Under the pieces are notes generated by a model. The model did not search any database, had not been told where the DNA came from, and worked only from the letters and a program-made list of their open reading frames with translations. The translations under genes were made by a program, and so were the position numbers. DNA of 63,928 bases, counting the filler, from Lenisia limosa (taxonomy: Eukaryota > Protista > Breviatea), in assembly GCA_001655205.1 (NCBI GenBank). It is 11 parts of 11 records of this genome, joined end to end, with 100 filler letters (N's around TTAATTAATTAA, not from the genome) between each part and the next. Parts side by side here need not be neighbours in the genome. Positions count along the whole stretch, not along the records: positions 7,980 to 29,734 come from LPNZ01007791.1; positions 29,835 to 30,991 come from LPNZ01005796.1; positions 31,092 to 35,207 come from LPNZ01000447.1; positions 35,308 to 44,306 come from LPNZ01005084.1; 7 more parts are not named here. The stretch is one strand, 5' to 3'. Positions 24,623 to 36,092 of this stretch are shown piece by piece; the stretch's first letter is position 1, and every line of letters begins with the position of its first letter.

Positions 24623-25871
24623 GATGCAGGAGATGAATACTACTTCGAAGACATAGTCATTTTTGTTTGTTTTTTTATTGTTTAAAATGAAAGTTCTATA
24701 GAAGAAGAATATGTAGAAATGGACGAGGAGAGCGACTTGGAAGATGATGAACAGGTAATTTACAAAACTGGATAAACACCATTTACAGAATTTATTCTTG
24801 TAGAATTACAACCCACTGTATCTGATTAAACAAGCCAGGCTAAGAGCACAAGCCTTCAACGTATGTCATTGTGCTAAATTACTTAAACTCCAAGTTTTAT
24901 GACGATGCTATTTCAATCAATGGAGAAGGACAACAAGACTTAGGAGGATCTCGAGTTGATTTTGGATTTCCTGCAAAAGTTTCGTATACAAATGTTTTTG
25001 ATGTAGGGTAGTGTTGGACATCTTTAGTTTTACCAACTATAGCTAAGACCTGGTGTTAAGGTAGACAACCATTGGCAAGAAACGTGACCGGATGTTATGA
25101 TGGATGTAGGGAACTCGCCGAATATGTAGATTTACTGATATAGCTGGAACATGGAACACATTATGATAACAATTAATGAAATAATAATAATAAAAATTAC
25201 CAATAGCTATTAATAGTGTTGTTATATTATTTGGACGGGACCTATCTGTTTAGTCATATTGATTTGAAGGCTACAGAAGAGGAAAGAACAACACCCACTG
25301 AGGTTTATGGACTATTTATGATATACAGTTTGAGTAACAGCATTGGGGTTCAGCTGTACTTTTATTCGTCGAATAGGAGATTATATTATGAGTCTCTTAT
25401 GAAAACAACTTTGTATGATGCGGTTCTTACATTGTCTTCATCACTGTACATACATGTATATTTTCCTTAATTGCTCTTGAACTCCGACGTCATGAATATC
25501 ATCGAAAAAGGTAGCGTTTTGAAGATAATGGTTCCCATCGACTTTCAGATATTATAAGAGAGGACAAACTACTTATACAAACTGTGGAGCTTAAGTATCT
25601 ATCCAGATTGAAAAAAAAATCTCGTAATCAGAGGATCCAATCTGCATCCAAGCTTTTCTCTGGTGGTGATGATCAGCCTGAAAATTGGCGTGGGCAAGGG
25701 ACCGGCGGACCATTAAACCATTATAATGCATCCTTGACTCTGTAGTTATGGAGTCCGAACTCACAGCTGCTAGTGCTGCTGACAAGAACAGACCAGTCAA
25801 GAATCTCAGCCACATTGAGTATTCAAAACTTTCTCAATGTGCGACATGGCAGCTTGGCACATTTCTGACGG
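24623..25871 (+). CDS. Multi-exon unknown protein with acidic N-terminal exons
   Basis: Short GT-AG exons: DAGDEYYFEDI; EEEYVEMDEESDLEDDEQ; NYNPLYLIKQARLRAQAFN; FYDDAISINGEGQQDLGGSRVDFGFPAK; MESELTAASAADK...ATWQLGTFLT. No family recognised. Confidence 0.5.
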
Positions 25872-26694
25872 TGAGGAAATATTCGAGAACATAAGCTCTT
25901 TTTGATTGATTGTTATTACACTGTAGTCGGTCGTATACCCAGACTCTCAAAGGGAAGTTAAAGTCTTTCACTGGAAGAATCAGTATGTGATATATCTAAC
26001 ATAAAGCATGTCTTATTTACTTCTCAGATGAACCAATTAATGGGTGTTCACTTAATGATTGGAAAGGGATCGCCACCTGTTCCTTAGGATCTTAACACAA
26101 TAAAAAGTGTATTTTTGTGAACACATTTTAAAAGTCATTCTTTTGCTTTTCAGATGGTTCTACACCCCATTTTTAGACAGTCCGGAAAGACAAAAGAGAT
26201 CAAAGGGTAAATGCGCTTAGAATTCTTCCAATCTCATTATCGGAAAATCAAGTATCAAGAACACTGAGAATAAAATAAAAATTAACATACAAAGAAATAA
26301 TTATATGCATGTAATACAGGTTTCTTGAAAAGAATCACATGACGAATATGATTTCTGTCTGTCTACTCCAGCCCACCTGCACAAGTCTTAAGGCAAACGA
26401 AGGTGTAACGTCGCATGATTTTATAGTTAAATTCTTCAGTGATGGACGAACACGGTTGCAAAGAGACAACATGACAGGCTACACGGTGAATTACACATTA
26501 TGATTTTATTTAAGAAATGACCAATGTGAAATAAAGGACTTGCTAAAGGTACCACCGAAGACTGACTTCTGCAACAAACCCTCGGAAATATCAATATTCG
26601 GTTCGAACAATACTGGCAAAATATCGATAGTTTTCGAGGAGTATCGAGAATCAGTCTTTTTTCGAACCGAAGTGAAGCAGCAGATATACCGCAT

Positions 26695-27219
26695 TCATAT
26701 TCCGTTCAAAGTCAGGTCATATAGTACTAACAGCCACGGACATACCTCGGTGAAGATCCCCGGCAGGCTATTGGTGCATGCGTCTAGTTCGAGCCTCTCA
26801 ACATCGCCGATAACGTCTAGCAGAGTAGAAACCGCCCCGGACAGGTAGAGCACATCGTCTGTCTTTCGAGGTGTGACCAATGACGTCGATGTGTCAGCTG
26901 GGTCAAGAGGAATGATGACGATCTTCAACGAGGCCAAGTCTACGTTACAGGCCACGGCCACGCACACCGCAAGCCACTGCTGAGCTGAGACAAGCGGCTG
27001 GATCTTTAGGTTCATTTCGAGATCAAACAAGGTCTCCACGGCAAATATGCCACCCGTCAGAATTGTATGGACCGCTAAATGCGATTGAGAGGGAAGAGCT
27101 GCGGTTATGGCCGTTAACGCCTGCTCAGGCCTGAGGCTCCATAGATGGCGGGGGATTTGATCAAGGTAGGGTCGGAGAGAGTTGGCCAGCTCAATTGCGG
27201 CCAGGTTCATCATCACCAT
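26695..27219 (-). CDS. Intronless 174-aa ORF, possibly a divergent cyclin-box protein
   Basis: GC-richer ORF starting at ATG 27219. QWLAVCVAVACNVD and DVERLELDAC...PWLLVLY loosely resemble cyclin helices 3 and 5. By-eye similarity only. Confidence 0.4.
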   Translation of the reverse strand: MVMMNLAAIELANSLRPYLDQIPRHLWSLRPEQALTAITAALPSQSHLAVHTILTGGIFAVETLFDLEMNLKIQPLVSAQQWLAVCVAVACNVDLASLKIVIIPLDPADTSTSLVTPRKTDDVLYLSGAVSTLLDVIGDVERLELDACTNSLPGIFTEVCPWLLVLYDLTLNGI

Positions 27220-28924
27220 TTTGATTTCAGACAATTGGTGGGTAGGAGAGGGTTAGCCGAATAGAAAACGACTCATGATCGGTGTTGCTGAGACATTGTA
27301 TGCGGTGTTCTAATCTCTTAATTTCGCCTTGACATCTTAAGATTTACACAGTTATTGATTTGAGTTCATATATAAATCAATAAAAATGGCGAAAAAGGAA
27401 GGGCTGATCATCACGATCCATCATAAAAAACACAAACAAAAAAAACAGCGCTAAGAAACGGTAATCTCCTTCGTAGTGACATATATAATAAGAATTCAGT
27501 ATTCAAGTGTAAAAACGATGTTCTATTGGCAATAGGAATCTTGAAACTCGGACCCTTCTTTTTGGGCGGTTTGTCCGCCACTACCGACCTTTCCTGCGAT
27601 GCTCACCAGTGTACACACAACACTCTGGGCCCCACAGTGCAAGGGACTCGACTCCAAAGACTCAAATGGCAAAAGCGACCCTTTCCTTGTATGTTTGTTC
27701 AGAGACGCCACATGTCGGATATGAAGGGCTGTTTTACTTCCCATCTCATTATTCGAGGGAAATATGACGTGTTGTTGAATTACTCATCGTATTGACCCTT
27801 AAAAAGGCCTTTTCATTGTTTTTAGCCGTCCATCAAATCTTTCGGTGGCCCTTTTACACTGGCTAACATTTGTTTTTCATGATTGCTAGCAAGCGCTTCA
27901 CTTGGCCTTTAAATACACGGAATTCCTTAGGAAATCTTTGATTGAAATAAATAACGTAAAGCTGGTTTTCAGACACCAGAGAAGCCTTAATATGATAATT
28001 TTCACTTGGTTAATATTAAGCTGGCCTTATCTCAGTTGTTCTTCAAACTTTGATGACAGTTTTAGATCTTCAAAATTGGAGATGAGGTATTAAAGACCCC
28101 CGTTATTCATGAAGGTATGGATGCGGGTGGATGTAGGAGTTAGTGGAACTAGTATATACTCCTCCTGGTAAACGTGATGGCGTGGGCTGCTTCGGCTAGA
28201 TATTATGTTAAATTTCTCCACATGATGGTAGTGGCCCTATTATATTATCATTGCCCCAAAACTTGTATCAGTTTTGTTTTGTAGAGTCGTTGGTTCCCAA
28301 AGACTGGTAATATTTTCGATAGCTTTCAAGATTTATTATTCTTTTTTTTTAATGGTGCTGGAATATCGATAATTTTTGGAACCCCTTGTAAAATAAAATA
28401 TTCGCCAAAGAAANNNNNNNNNNNNNNNNNNNNNNNNNNNNNNNNNNNNNNNNNNNNNNNNNNNNNNNNNNNNNNNNNNNNNNNNNNNNNNNNNNNNNNN
28501 NNNNNNNNNNNNNNNNNNNNNNNNNNNNNNNNNNNNNNNNNNNNNNNNNNNNNNNNNNNNNNNNNNNNNNNNNNNNNNNNNNNNNNNNNNNNNNNNNNNN
28601 NNNNNNNNNNNNNNNATCTGAACATTGTAGAGCTAAACCCCACATGGCCTCGATTCAGGAGGTTTGGGGGGTGGGGGTAGGAAACTTGGAGGGATGGAGA
28701 GGGGTAGTGCTTCACTTCGGATCAAAAAAACACCGGTAAAATACCGAAACTGATTTTTCGAGAAATTCAGTCTTTTTTCGAAGTGAATCCCAAGGAGGTG
28801 GGTTTTGTTTGGACTTGAGGGAAACCTCAGGAAGAGCGATTCCGATTAACAGCTTATTTAGGCAAACTAATGCATAACCAGCGCAATTCTCATTTTGTGG
28901 CATTGAGTTCTTCCCCCGAACAGA

Positions 28925-29008
28925 ATTTGATTTTGGGCTTTTTTTTTGTTTCATACCTGTACGCCAATATTCTTCATCGAAATTTCCGTTTTACTCCCCC
29001 CCCCCCAG
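28925..29008 (+). repeat. Family A (A2 variant) acceptor cassette before the C2 exon
   Basis: TTGATTTTGGGCTTTTTTTTGTTTCATACCTGTACGCCAATATTCTTCATCGAAATTTCCGTTTTACTCCCCCCCCCCCAG. Confidence 0.8.
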
Positions 29009-29580
29009 GTCCATCATTTCCATGACACAGGCGAGGTCCATCGGAGAACTGCAGGAAGTGAACTGGGTGGTGGAGTGCCACGATTGGGACAAACTTGGCA
29101 AGCCGAATCTAATAGGTCTGCCATTAATCATGATTCCCACAACCCTCATGGGTTGTCAGCCAACATAGTTGATATTTCTTTTTTGTTTCATATAATACTC
29201 TTCTTTCCCATAGAGTTAGTTTTGCTGAACTTTCAATCTAGTGTAAAATACCATAATGATAATATTACCACATATTTTGAAAAGAAGTTCTGCATTATAT
29301 TGAATCAATTTCATTTAGACGTACTCATAATCAAGAAACCTGATCCTTGTATTTTTTTTTTATTTGTTGAAGAATTGGAAATTTTGAGATTGTCTGAAAT
29401 CTTTGGAAATGGCACTTAATTTTTGGATTCTTTATTACGCGTCATATCATCAACCTTGTAATCATTGTAACAAGATTTTATTGGGTGCAAATTCAATCTT
29501 TTTTGTGACCGTAGGGAAGACATAATTGTGACCATTCAGGTACTGCACAGATTCCCCTCAGGGACCTATTGAAAGACCAG
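29009..29580 (+). CDS. C2-domain protein fragment
   Basis: Exons 29009-29115 and 29540-~29580 give VNWVVECHDWDKLGKPNLIGTAQIPLRDLLKDQ, matching the C2 pattern V-x-D-x-D-(x)n-IG-x-x-IPL-x-DL. Confidence 0.75.
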
Positions 29581-29853
29581 GCCATTTTCACGTTTAATTT
29601 GATTAGACCTGTTACTAAGAAGGCTATGGTGAGGAGGGTGCAGAGTTTTAGGTTATGTGGGGAGGGGAGGGCAGGGTGCAGAGTTTTAGGTTATGTGGGT
29701 TATGTGGGGAGGGGAGTGTAAGAAATGTCTCACCNNNNNNNNNNNNNNNNNNNNNNNNNNNNNNNNNNNNNNNNNNNNTTAATTAATTAANNNNNNNNNN
29801 NNNNNNNNNNNNNNNNNNNNNNNNNNNNNNNNNNTTCTTACCCGTCCTTTCCC

Positions 29854-30605
29854 TTAAACAACGTATGGACGACAAGCACAAGGTCCTCCCTCGCCCCTCC
29901 AGTGACGTAGTAGTTTCTCAGCTGGAAAACTGGGGCGGTTGCGGCGCTGCCGGCTGACACAAGACGTCGACAGTCGGGGAGGGGAGGTGCGGAGGCTGTC
30001 TGCGAGGGCGTCCTTGAGCATGGCCGCATTTTCTTGGGGTTCGACCTGAAGGCTTAAGAGGGCGGCTTGGAGTGGGACGATGCTGGCGCTTTTCTGCTCT
30101 TTGAAGGGGGCAACGGCGGCGGCGGCGGCGACGACTGCAGGAGTCAGGCAACTTCTCGCCGAGTGGACGTGTTGTTCATCGGCGTCAACGAGGAGGGTCT
30201 CGGCGTAGGCGTGGACAACCATGTCTAGGAGAAGAGTTTGACGGGGCGTTTTGGAGTGGGTCGCGGCTTGCTTGTCACTTTACGTACTGGCCTCGAAGTT
30301 GTCGTATTTGGCATAGGCCTAACGTCGGACCGCGTTTTGCGCTTCTTAAACGATCTAGACGTCACAACAAGTCCCCTTTCGAAGTCGACCGTGTCTTCGT
30401 AGAACAATAAGACATGCCGCCGCGACGTCGGATATTCACCGTGTCTTAGGGCGTAGGCTTCCAGGAAGGGCGTGACACCACCTTATTAACCGAGACCACA
30501 CATTGTTTCTTAGACGGGGTCGTAAATCTCTTTCACAAGACGCTTGAGGCTGCTGGTGGCCCGTTTCAATCCACTTAATCGATTGAAATAGGTGGTACCA
30601 GATAA
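29854..30605 (-). pseudogene. GC-rich intronless decayed ORF, probably transposon-derived
   Basis: One frame of about 250 codons is interrupted by 5 stops (30282, 30321, 30348, 30357, 30438). Composition differs from host introns, and the small scaffold contains no host gene. Confidence 0.35.
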
Positions 30606-31108
30606 TTTATCTGAAAAAACCTGGGTACTAATTGCCTAAAAGGGGTGAGTTGGTGACGGAGGAAAGACAAGAACCTCTGGGGAATCCCCAGAGGTTTCTT
30701 GGGGCTTGACCCGGGAAAGATAGGCTCGAGTTTTTGGGAGGTCACTTGATATACATGTTTCTATTCTTTATCTTTTTTTTTTGGTTATTTGTTTCTGTTG
30801 TTCAAGGCAGGAGAATTGTTTTTTCAAATGTATTGTCAAAATGCGAACTCAGTCACCCCCAGCTTGTGAGTAATGATAGGATCCAAGGAGTATATCAATG
30901 GACTTTTTTTTTAGGTTTTTTTTTTTAATATTATATAGGTCACTTAACACAACCGCGAACACTCACATAACCGCGAACGCTTTTTTAAATANNNNNNNNN
31001 NNNNNNNNNNNNNNNNNNNNNNNNNNNNNNNNNNNTTAATTAATTAANNNNNNNNNNNNNNNNNNNNNNNNNNNNNNNNNNNNNNNNNNNNCCTCCCACC
31101 CCCCTCAC

Positions 31109-32851
31109 CTCGGCATGGCGAACATCGAAGAAAGCCACAGCAATCAAGCCCGGCTCGGAGTAGACCTGGTCCCGCACCGCGCCGAACTTCTCACAGAGGG
31201 CCCGGACGTCGTCGGCTGGGAGATGGGCCACGCCGGAGAGCCAAATGGTGCGTGTGGGGTGGTCGGATACCTGAGGGGGGGGGGTGAACAATTGGAAAAT
31301 TTGATGAAACAACGTAGGTGGGAGGGGGAGAGTGGGGTGAAAATGATCTATGAAGTCTTAAATAAAAACGCCAAAATAAACTCTGCACCGAAAAATTCCA
31401 AAGTTTCAAAGATTATTGTACAAAAAAGAGAGCAACATTAAAAAGAAAGAGTCTGTATGGAAAATAGAGGTTCCAGTAACGGCCAGGTAGATGATCAAAG
31501 ATTCAGTGAACAAGGATGGAAGGATTAACTTTGGTCCCATTAGATCGATCAATATCAACATAATCCCAGCCTATTTCGAACCGAAGCAAAGCCCCCCATG
31601 ACCAGACTTCCCACGGATCGGAGTGATCCCAAAAATATCCGTCGGAACATACCTTGAAGGGGAGGGTGTCAGTGGAGAGAGCGGGCGGTGTCAACGGGGT
31701 CCGTGGCGATGTTGGGGCCGGGTTGGTACTTACCTGTAGGGGAGGAAAAGGTGAGGACGTTACAATGAGAACTGTGATGAAGACAATGTGTTACAAGGAG
31801 GTTTCTTTGACTTGACAATTGTTTTATGAGGATTTATTGAGAATTGAAAGAAACAGAAACCAAGAAAGGTCAGTTAGTTTCCCCATAAATATGGCTCTGT
31901 CTTTGGAATATCACTAAAATATCCTCGCATATTGATATCTATTATTAGCTGTTTAAAGAACCAATGCTGTGCTCTTCAGACACCCTATTGCAGACCCAAT
32001 GACAATTAGGTCCTCCATTACGGTCCAAAAAGATGGGTGCATCCCCAATAATTGTCGATACACTACGAATACCATAGTTATGTCATTTGTTACTTTTGTG
32101 AACAAATCCAGAGACAACCCCTCATAAGGCGCTTCAAAAACACAAAGAAGAAGAAAACAGACAGTGAAGAACAGGGGCAATAGAAAAAGGAAACAATAAA
32201 AACAACATTTATCAAGAGACAAGACAGCTTAGTTTGTTTATGTGAACAATAACATTGTTTTAAAGGCTGCTTCAGGCTGAAACTATCCGCATACGGTGGA
32301 TTGCGATGACAGTAGCTGATAACAGCCACCAACCGCGGGATCTCAGAAACAAAACAACAACGATAAAAAACATTTGAGTGAGACAGTAATACAGAACAGC
32401 AAAGCACAACATAACATCAGATTACCTTTTTACTCCCTCAAAAGCCCCAGGCCCTCATCCCTCCGAACCTCAGAAAGTGGCAAGAGAGCCGCATTGAAGG
32501 AGCTAGCTCGCTTGGAGGAGGCAAACGAGGGGGGAGTAAGCGACTTGCCTTGTGGCTGCGCAACCGCTGCGTGCGCAAGACTGTGCCCCCAAATGCCATC
32601 AGAGGAGTTGCCGAAGAGAGAAGAGTCGCTTCCCTCTGTAAAGGCTGAGAAGACTGGAGGATGGGTGGGGTTGTCGTCCTTGGAGGAAGTCTCTTCTTTA
32701 TTGTTGTTTGTGGCGTCTGTAGGCTTTGTTAGGCCCCAGAGGTCAGAAGTAGAACGAGGCTTCGGACGGGAAGCAAGTGTTCTCGGGGACGGAATGTTAG
32801 AAACATCAATACTCTTGTCGAATATATGCGTTCCAAAGTTTGTATGTCCAC
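31109..32851 (-). CDS. Mei2-like RNA-binding protein fragment (RRM1)
   Basis: Exons 32851-32469, 31733-31653 and 31270-31109 are in phase. The last reads SDHPTRTIWLSGVAHLPADDVRALCEKFGAVRDQVYSEPGLIAVAFFDVRHAE, like the Mei2/terminal-ear RRM1 (HP-RT-L...G-I-V-F-D-R-A). Confidence 0.7.
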
Positions 32852-34511
32852 CTAAATCGGGTTAGAGATTGGGGGCTGCACTAAACGACGCTAACCTCTG
32901 GGCTGAAGGCTGTCACTTGAATTCTAGAGAAGCGTAAGACACGTATTACTGCTTAAAAAGATGGTTGGCTTACAATTTCAATGCTGGGAGGAGTGCTCGT
33001 TTCCATGAAGACTGGACTTTGATTCAATGTGTCTTCCTTGGTCGAATAAACATAGCGACTGTTTGAATCTGACATTTTTGGCGTTTATACTGCTCAGAAT
33101 AGCCTAGAAGTTTATCTTACTATGACTAAATCTTCAGCATTGATCTATTCAATCAACATTATCAACCTACAAGACAAAATTACACACAATTCAACCTAAA
33201 TGACTGCAAAATGACAAATCTATTAACGATAGAGTTTCCTTTTATATGATTACTTTTGATTAGGGATTTCCTCGGCAGGGAAGAATTGTCCCCTACGTAC
33301 CGAAATTGCTGGAAATTCTGCTGCGTGTTCCCTCTCCTGTCTCTCCCGCTCTTGTGCATCTGAATAGTGAGTATATAGAATAAAGAAATAACATCAGAAT
33401 AACACATTCCCACCCCTAGGTTAGTTGGATGATCAGATAATCCTCCTTTGGTTATTATAATTCGGGCTTTTCCTACTTCTCTACGGTTACGAGATCGTTG
33501 ATATTAGAAGAGTCCATTCTAGGATAAAACCTTTGTTCGGAGAATAAACTTGTTTATAGTAATATCCGCAGATCGCAATGCAAGGACTCTCAACCTTCAT
33601 GAAGCCTCGGCTCTTTTCCTCTACAGGTCTGGAGAGTTTTCACTCTGATATTCAATATTGCTCCGAAGCGCTCAATTATGTAACCACTTTACATAAAAAT
33701 GTAATCAATAACTAACAAACACTTGGACACCGTGAGGGTTCAGAGTGGGTGTTTGAAGTGGTGGGTAGGGCTTCATTTCGGTTCGAAAAGGACCGAAAAA
33801 AAATCGATAGTTTCGAGGATTCATTGAGAAATTCAGTTTTTTTCGAACCGTGGAGTGGGCGCTATCTAAACCAACCAACCGCCGGAGTTAAATGAATTCA
33901 GATTGATGCATATCATCTCATTTCTTCTTAACAATAACCATATCATCACATTTCTTCTAAAAATTATCATCTCATTACTTCTTAACAGTATCATCTCATT
34001 ACTTCTTTACAATATCATCTCATTTCTTCTTAAATCATCTCACTTCCGCAGTGACTAAGCAGTCAGCTCGGCTTGCCTCTACCCTGATGCACAAGACCCA
34101 TCCCATTGACGCTAGTGGGGGGAGGGATATTTGGCCTAGGGTGTGGGGATATTTGATGCAGTGGGGGGGAGGGGCTAGTACAATATTTACAGTTTTAGAT
34201 GATTGTCGTTTTTGGACCGAAGTGAAGTCCGAAGTGATACAAATTATTTTGCCGTAATACAACTTATTTTGCCTGCATACAGAATGGTTTTGTGCAATTA
34301 CCACTCCCAGCACTTCGGGGTGACATCTTTTATCATCAGTTCCGTGGTCCGGTCCCCTCCCATGTCGTAAGTGGGGCTGTTGGCTTTAGTCCCATTGACC
34401 GTTATAACCGTTGTAAATCTTATAGCTGTTATAACGCAGCACATTTTCAGAACGGTAACTCATCTCTATAACAGTTATTACCCCATATTATCCGTTATAA
34501 CCGTTACAGAT

Positions 34512-34892
34512 TCCACTGTTTCGCAGAGGCCACGAACGGTTCACAACTTTCAAGGAAGTACAGAAAAAGAGAATGGAGCTTCTTCCTGACCACCCAGGTT
34601 CGATTTGTTAATAACAGTTATTATCTACTACCATTTTGTGATCATCTTTTAAGATTGTTTTATTTTTCTGTTGTTGATTTATTTAAAATCCATTTTTTTT
34701 TTTTTTTAGGGTATCAGCATTTATCTGATACATTTTCAGCAGTGTAAATAAGAGATCATCAATATCAAAGGGTGCTGTTGACGGGCAGTATTATCTCGGA
34801 CCAATATGGGTATTATCTATGACCAATATTGTCATTCTTACCTTGGCAGAAGTATTGATTCACCAGGCGGTACTGCATGAAGTTGAGGAAGA
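34512..34892 (-). CDS. Unknown protein fragment (3 short exons)
   Basis: In-phase join FLNFMQYRLVNQYFCQ-APFDIDDLLFTLLKM-KKLHSLFLYFLESCEPFVASAKQWNL. Confidence 0.5.
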
Positions 34893-36092
34893 CTATATTC
34901 AAGTGGGGGGGATTGTGAAACAACAATAACCCAAAACAACACGGTAGGGAGGGGGAGTGGTTTATTTCTCCCATCTCATGTATATTGTATCACTATTGTT
35001 ATTTCTATCTGTTTTCTTGAACTCACCCTTAGACTCACTGATCCTTTCTACTGATCTATATTGCTCTTAACTATGTTGTGTCTCAAAGTTTTCCAATCTA
35101 TTCCACGGAAACCATCTTGAACTAAAACCGTACTTTTCACTCATGAATTACTCTTATTCCACTCATTCTTGGTTTACTTTTTACAGGCATGCGAGTGCGT
35201 TGAAAAGNNNNNNNNNNNNNNNNNNNNNNNNNNNNNNNNNNNNNNNNNNNNTTAATTAATTAANNNNNNNNNNNNNNNNNNNNNNNNNNNNNNNNNNNNN
35301 NNNNNNNATTCCCCTGTCCCGCTTCAGTCCCTCCAAGCCTCGGAATTGGCCACTCTTCTCACGTCACCCGCGTCCGGTAGGGAGAGGGGGTCATTTGAAA
35401 CCCTCTGTTACAAAGAAACTCTCATATAATTCCAATATTCTCTCTATTTTGGGATCTTAGCTTTTTTAAAAAAAACATTTGAACAACTGAAGAACTTGAA
35501 GTAATTTACAGTACTTCAATTTTAATTTGACTAAACATACTCGAAAGAGAAAGCATGAATAGCATGCTTCCGCTNNNNNNNNNNNNNNNNNNNNNNNNNN
35601 NNNNNNNNNNNNNNNNNNNNNNNNNNNNNNNNNNNNNNNNNNNNNNNNNNNNNNNNNNNNNNNNNNNNNNNNNNNNNNNNNNNNNNNNNNNNNNNNNNNN
35701 NNNNNNNNNNNNNNNNNNNNNNNNNNNNNNNNNNNNNNNNNNNNNTCGAAAGTTGATGGGGGGGGGGGCTAGACTAGTGCTGATTATTTCATTGACACTT
35801 GTCAGTGTAGAAAATGATAGTTCACAAATGAGCCAAAAAGTGGTTTGATATACACGTTTACCTTGTCATACATACATAATTATACATACAGTACCGAAGA
35901 AACTACTACTAAATTACCAATCTGTGGTTGTCCAATTTGTACCTAAGTAGAGGTGAAATAGTCATGGCAGAGTTTGTATTGTTCGACATTGCAGAGGGTT
36001 TGTTATTTTTTTTACTCAAAACAAGTGCAATTCAGATTACATTTAATCGAATTTTTTTATAGAACTTATTTTCAAAACATTATAATCAGAGG

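Noticed and set aside
25591-25815. 74-aa ORF with an apparent signal peptide on the minus strand
   Set aside because: It overlaps GT-AG-bounded plus-strand exons that fit a longer gene; probably an antisense shadow.
30280-30438. TAA/TAG reassigned to Gln (alternative genetic code)
   Set aside because: None of the conserved spliced genes (TRM11, PDI, UBC9, TPR, LRR) needs an in-frame TAA or TAG, and they use CAA/CAG for Gln; local decay is the simpler explanation.
32374-32865. 163-aa plus-strand ORF
   Set aside because: Antisense to the in-phase Mei2-like exon 32851-32469.
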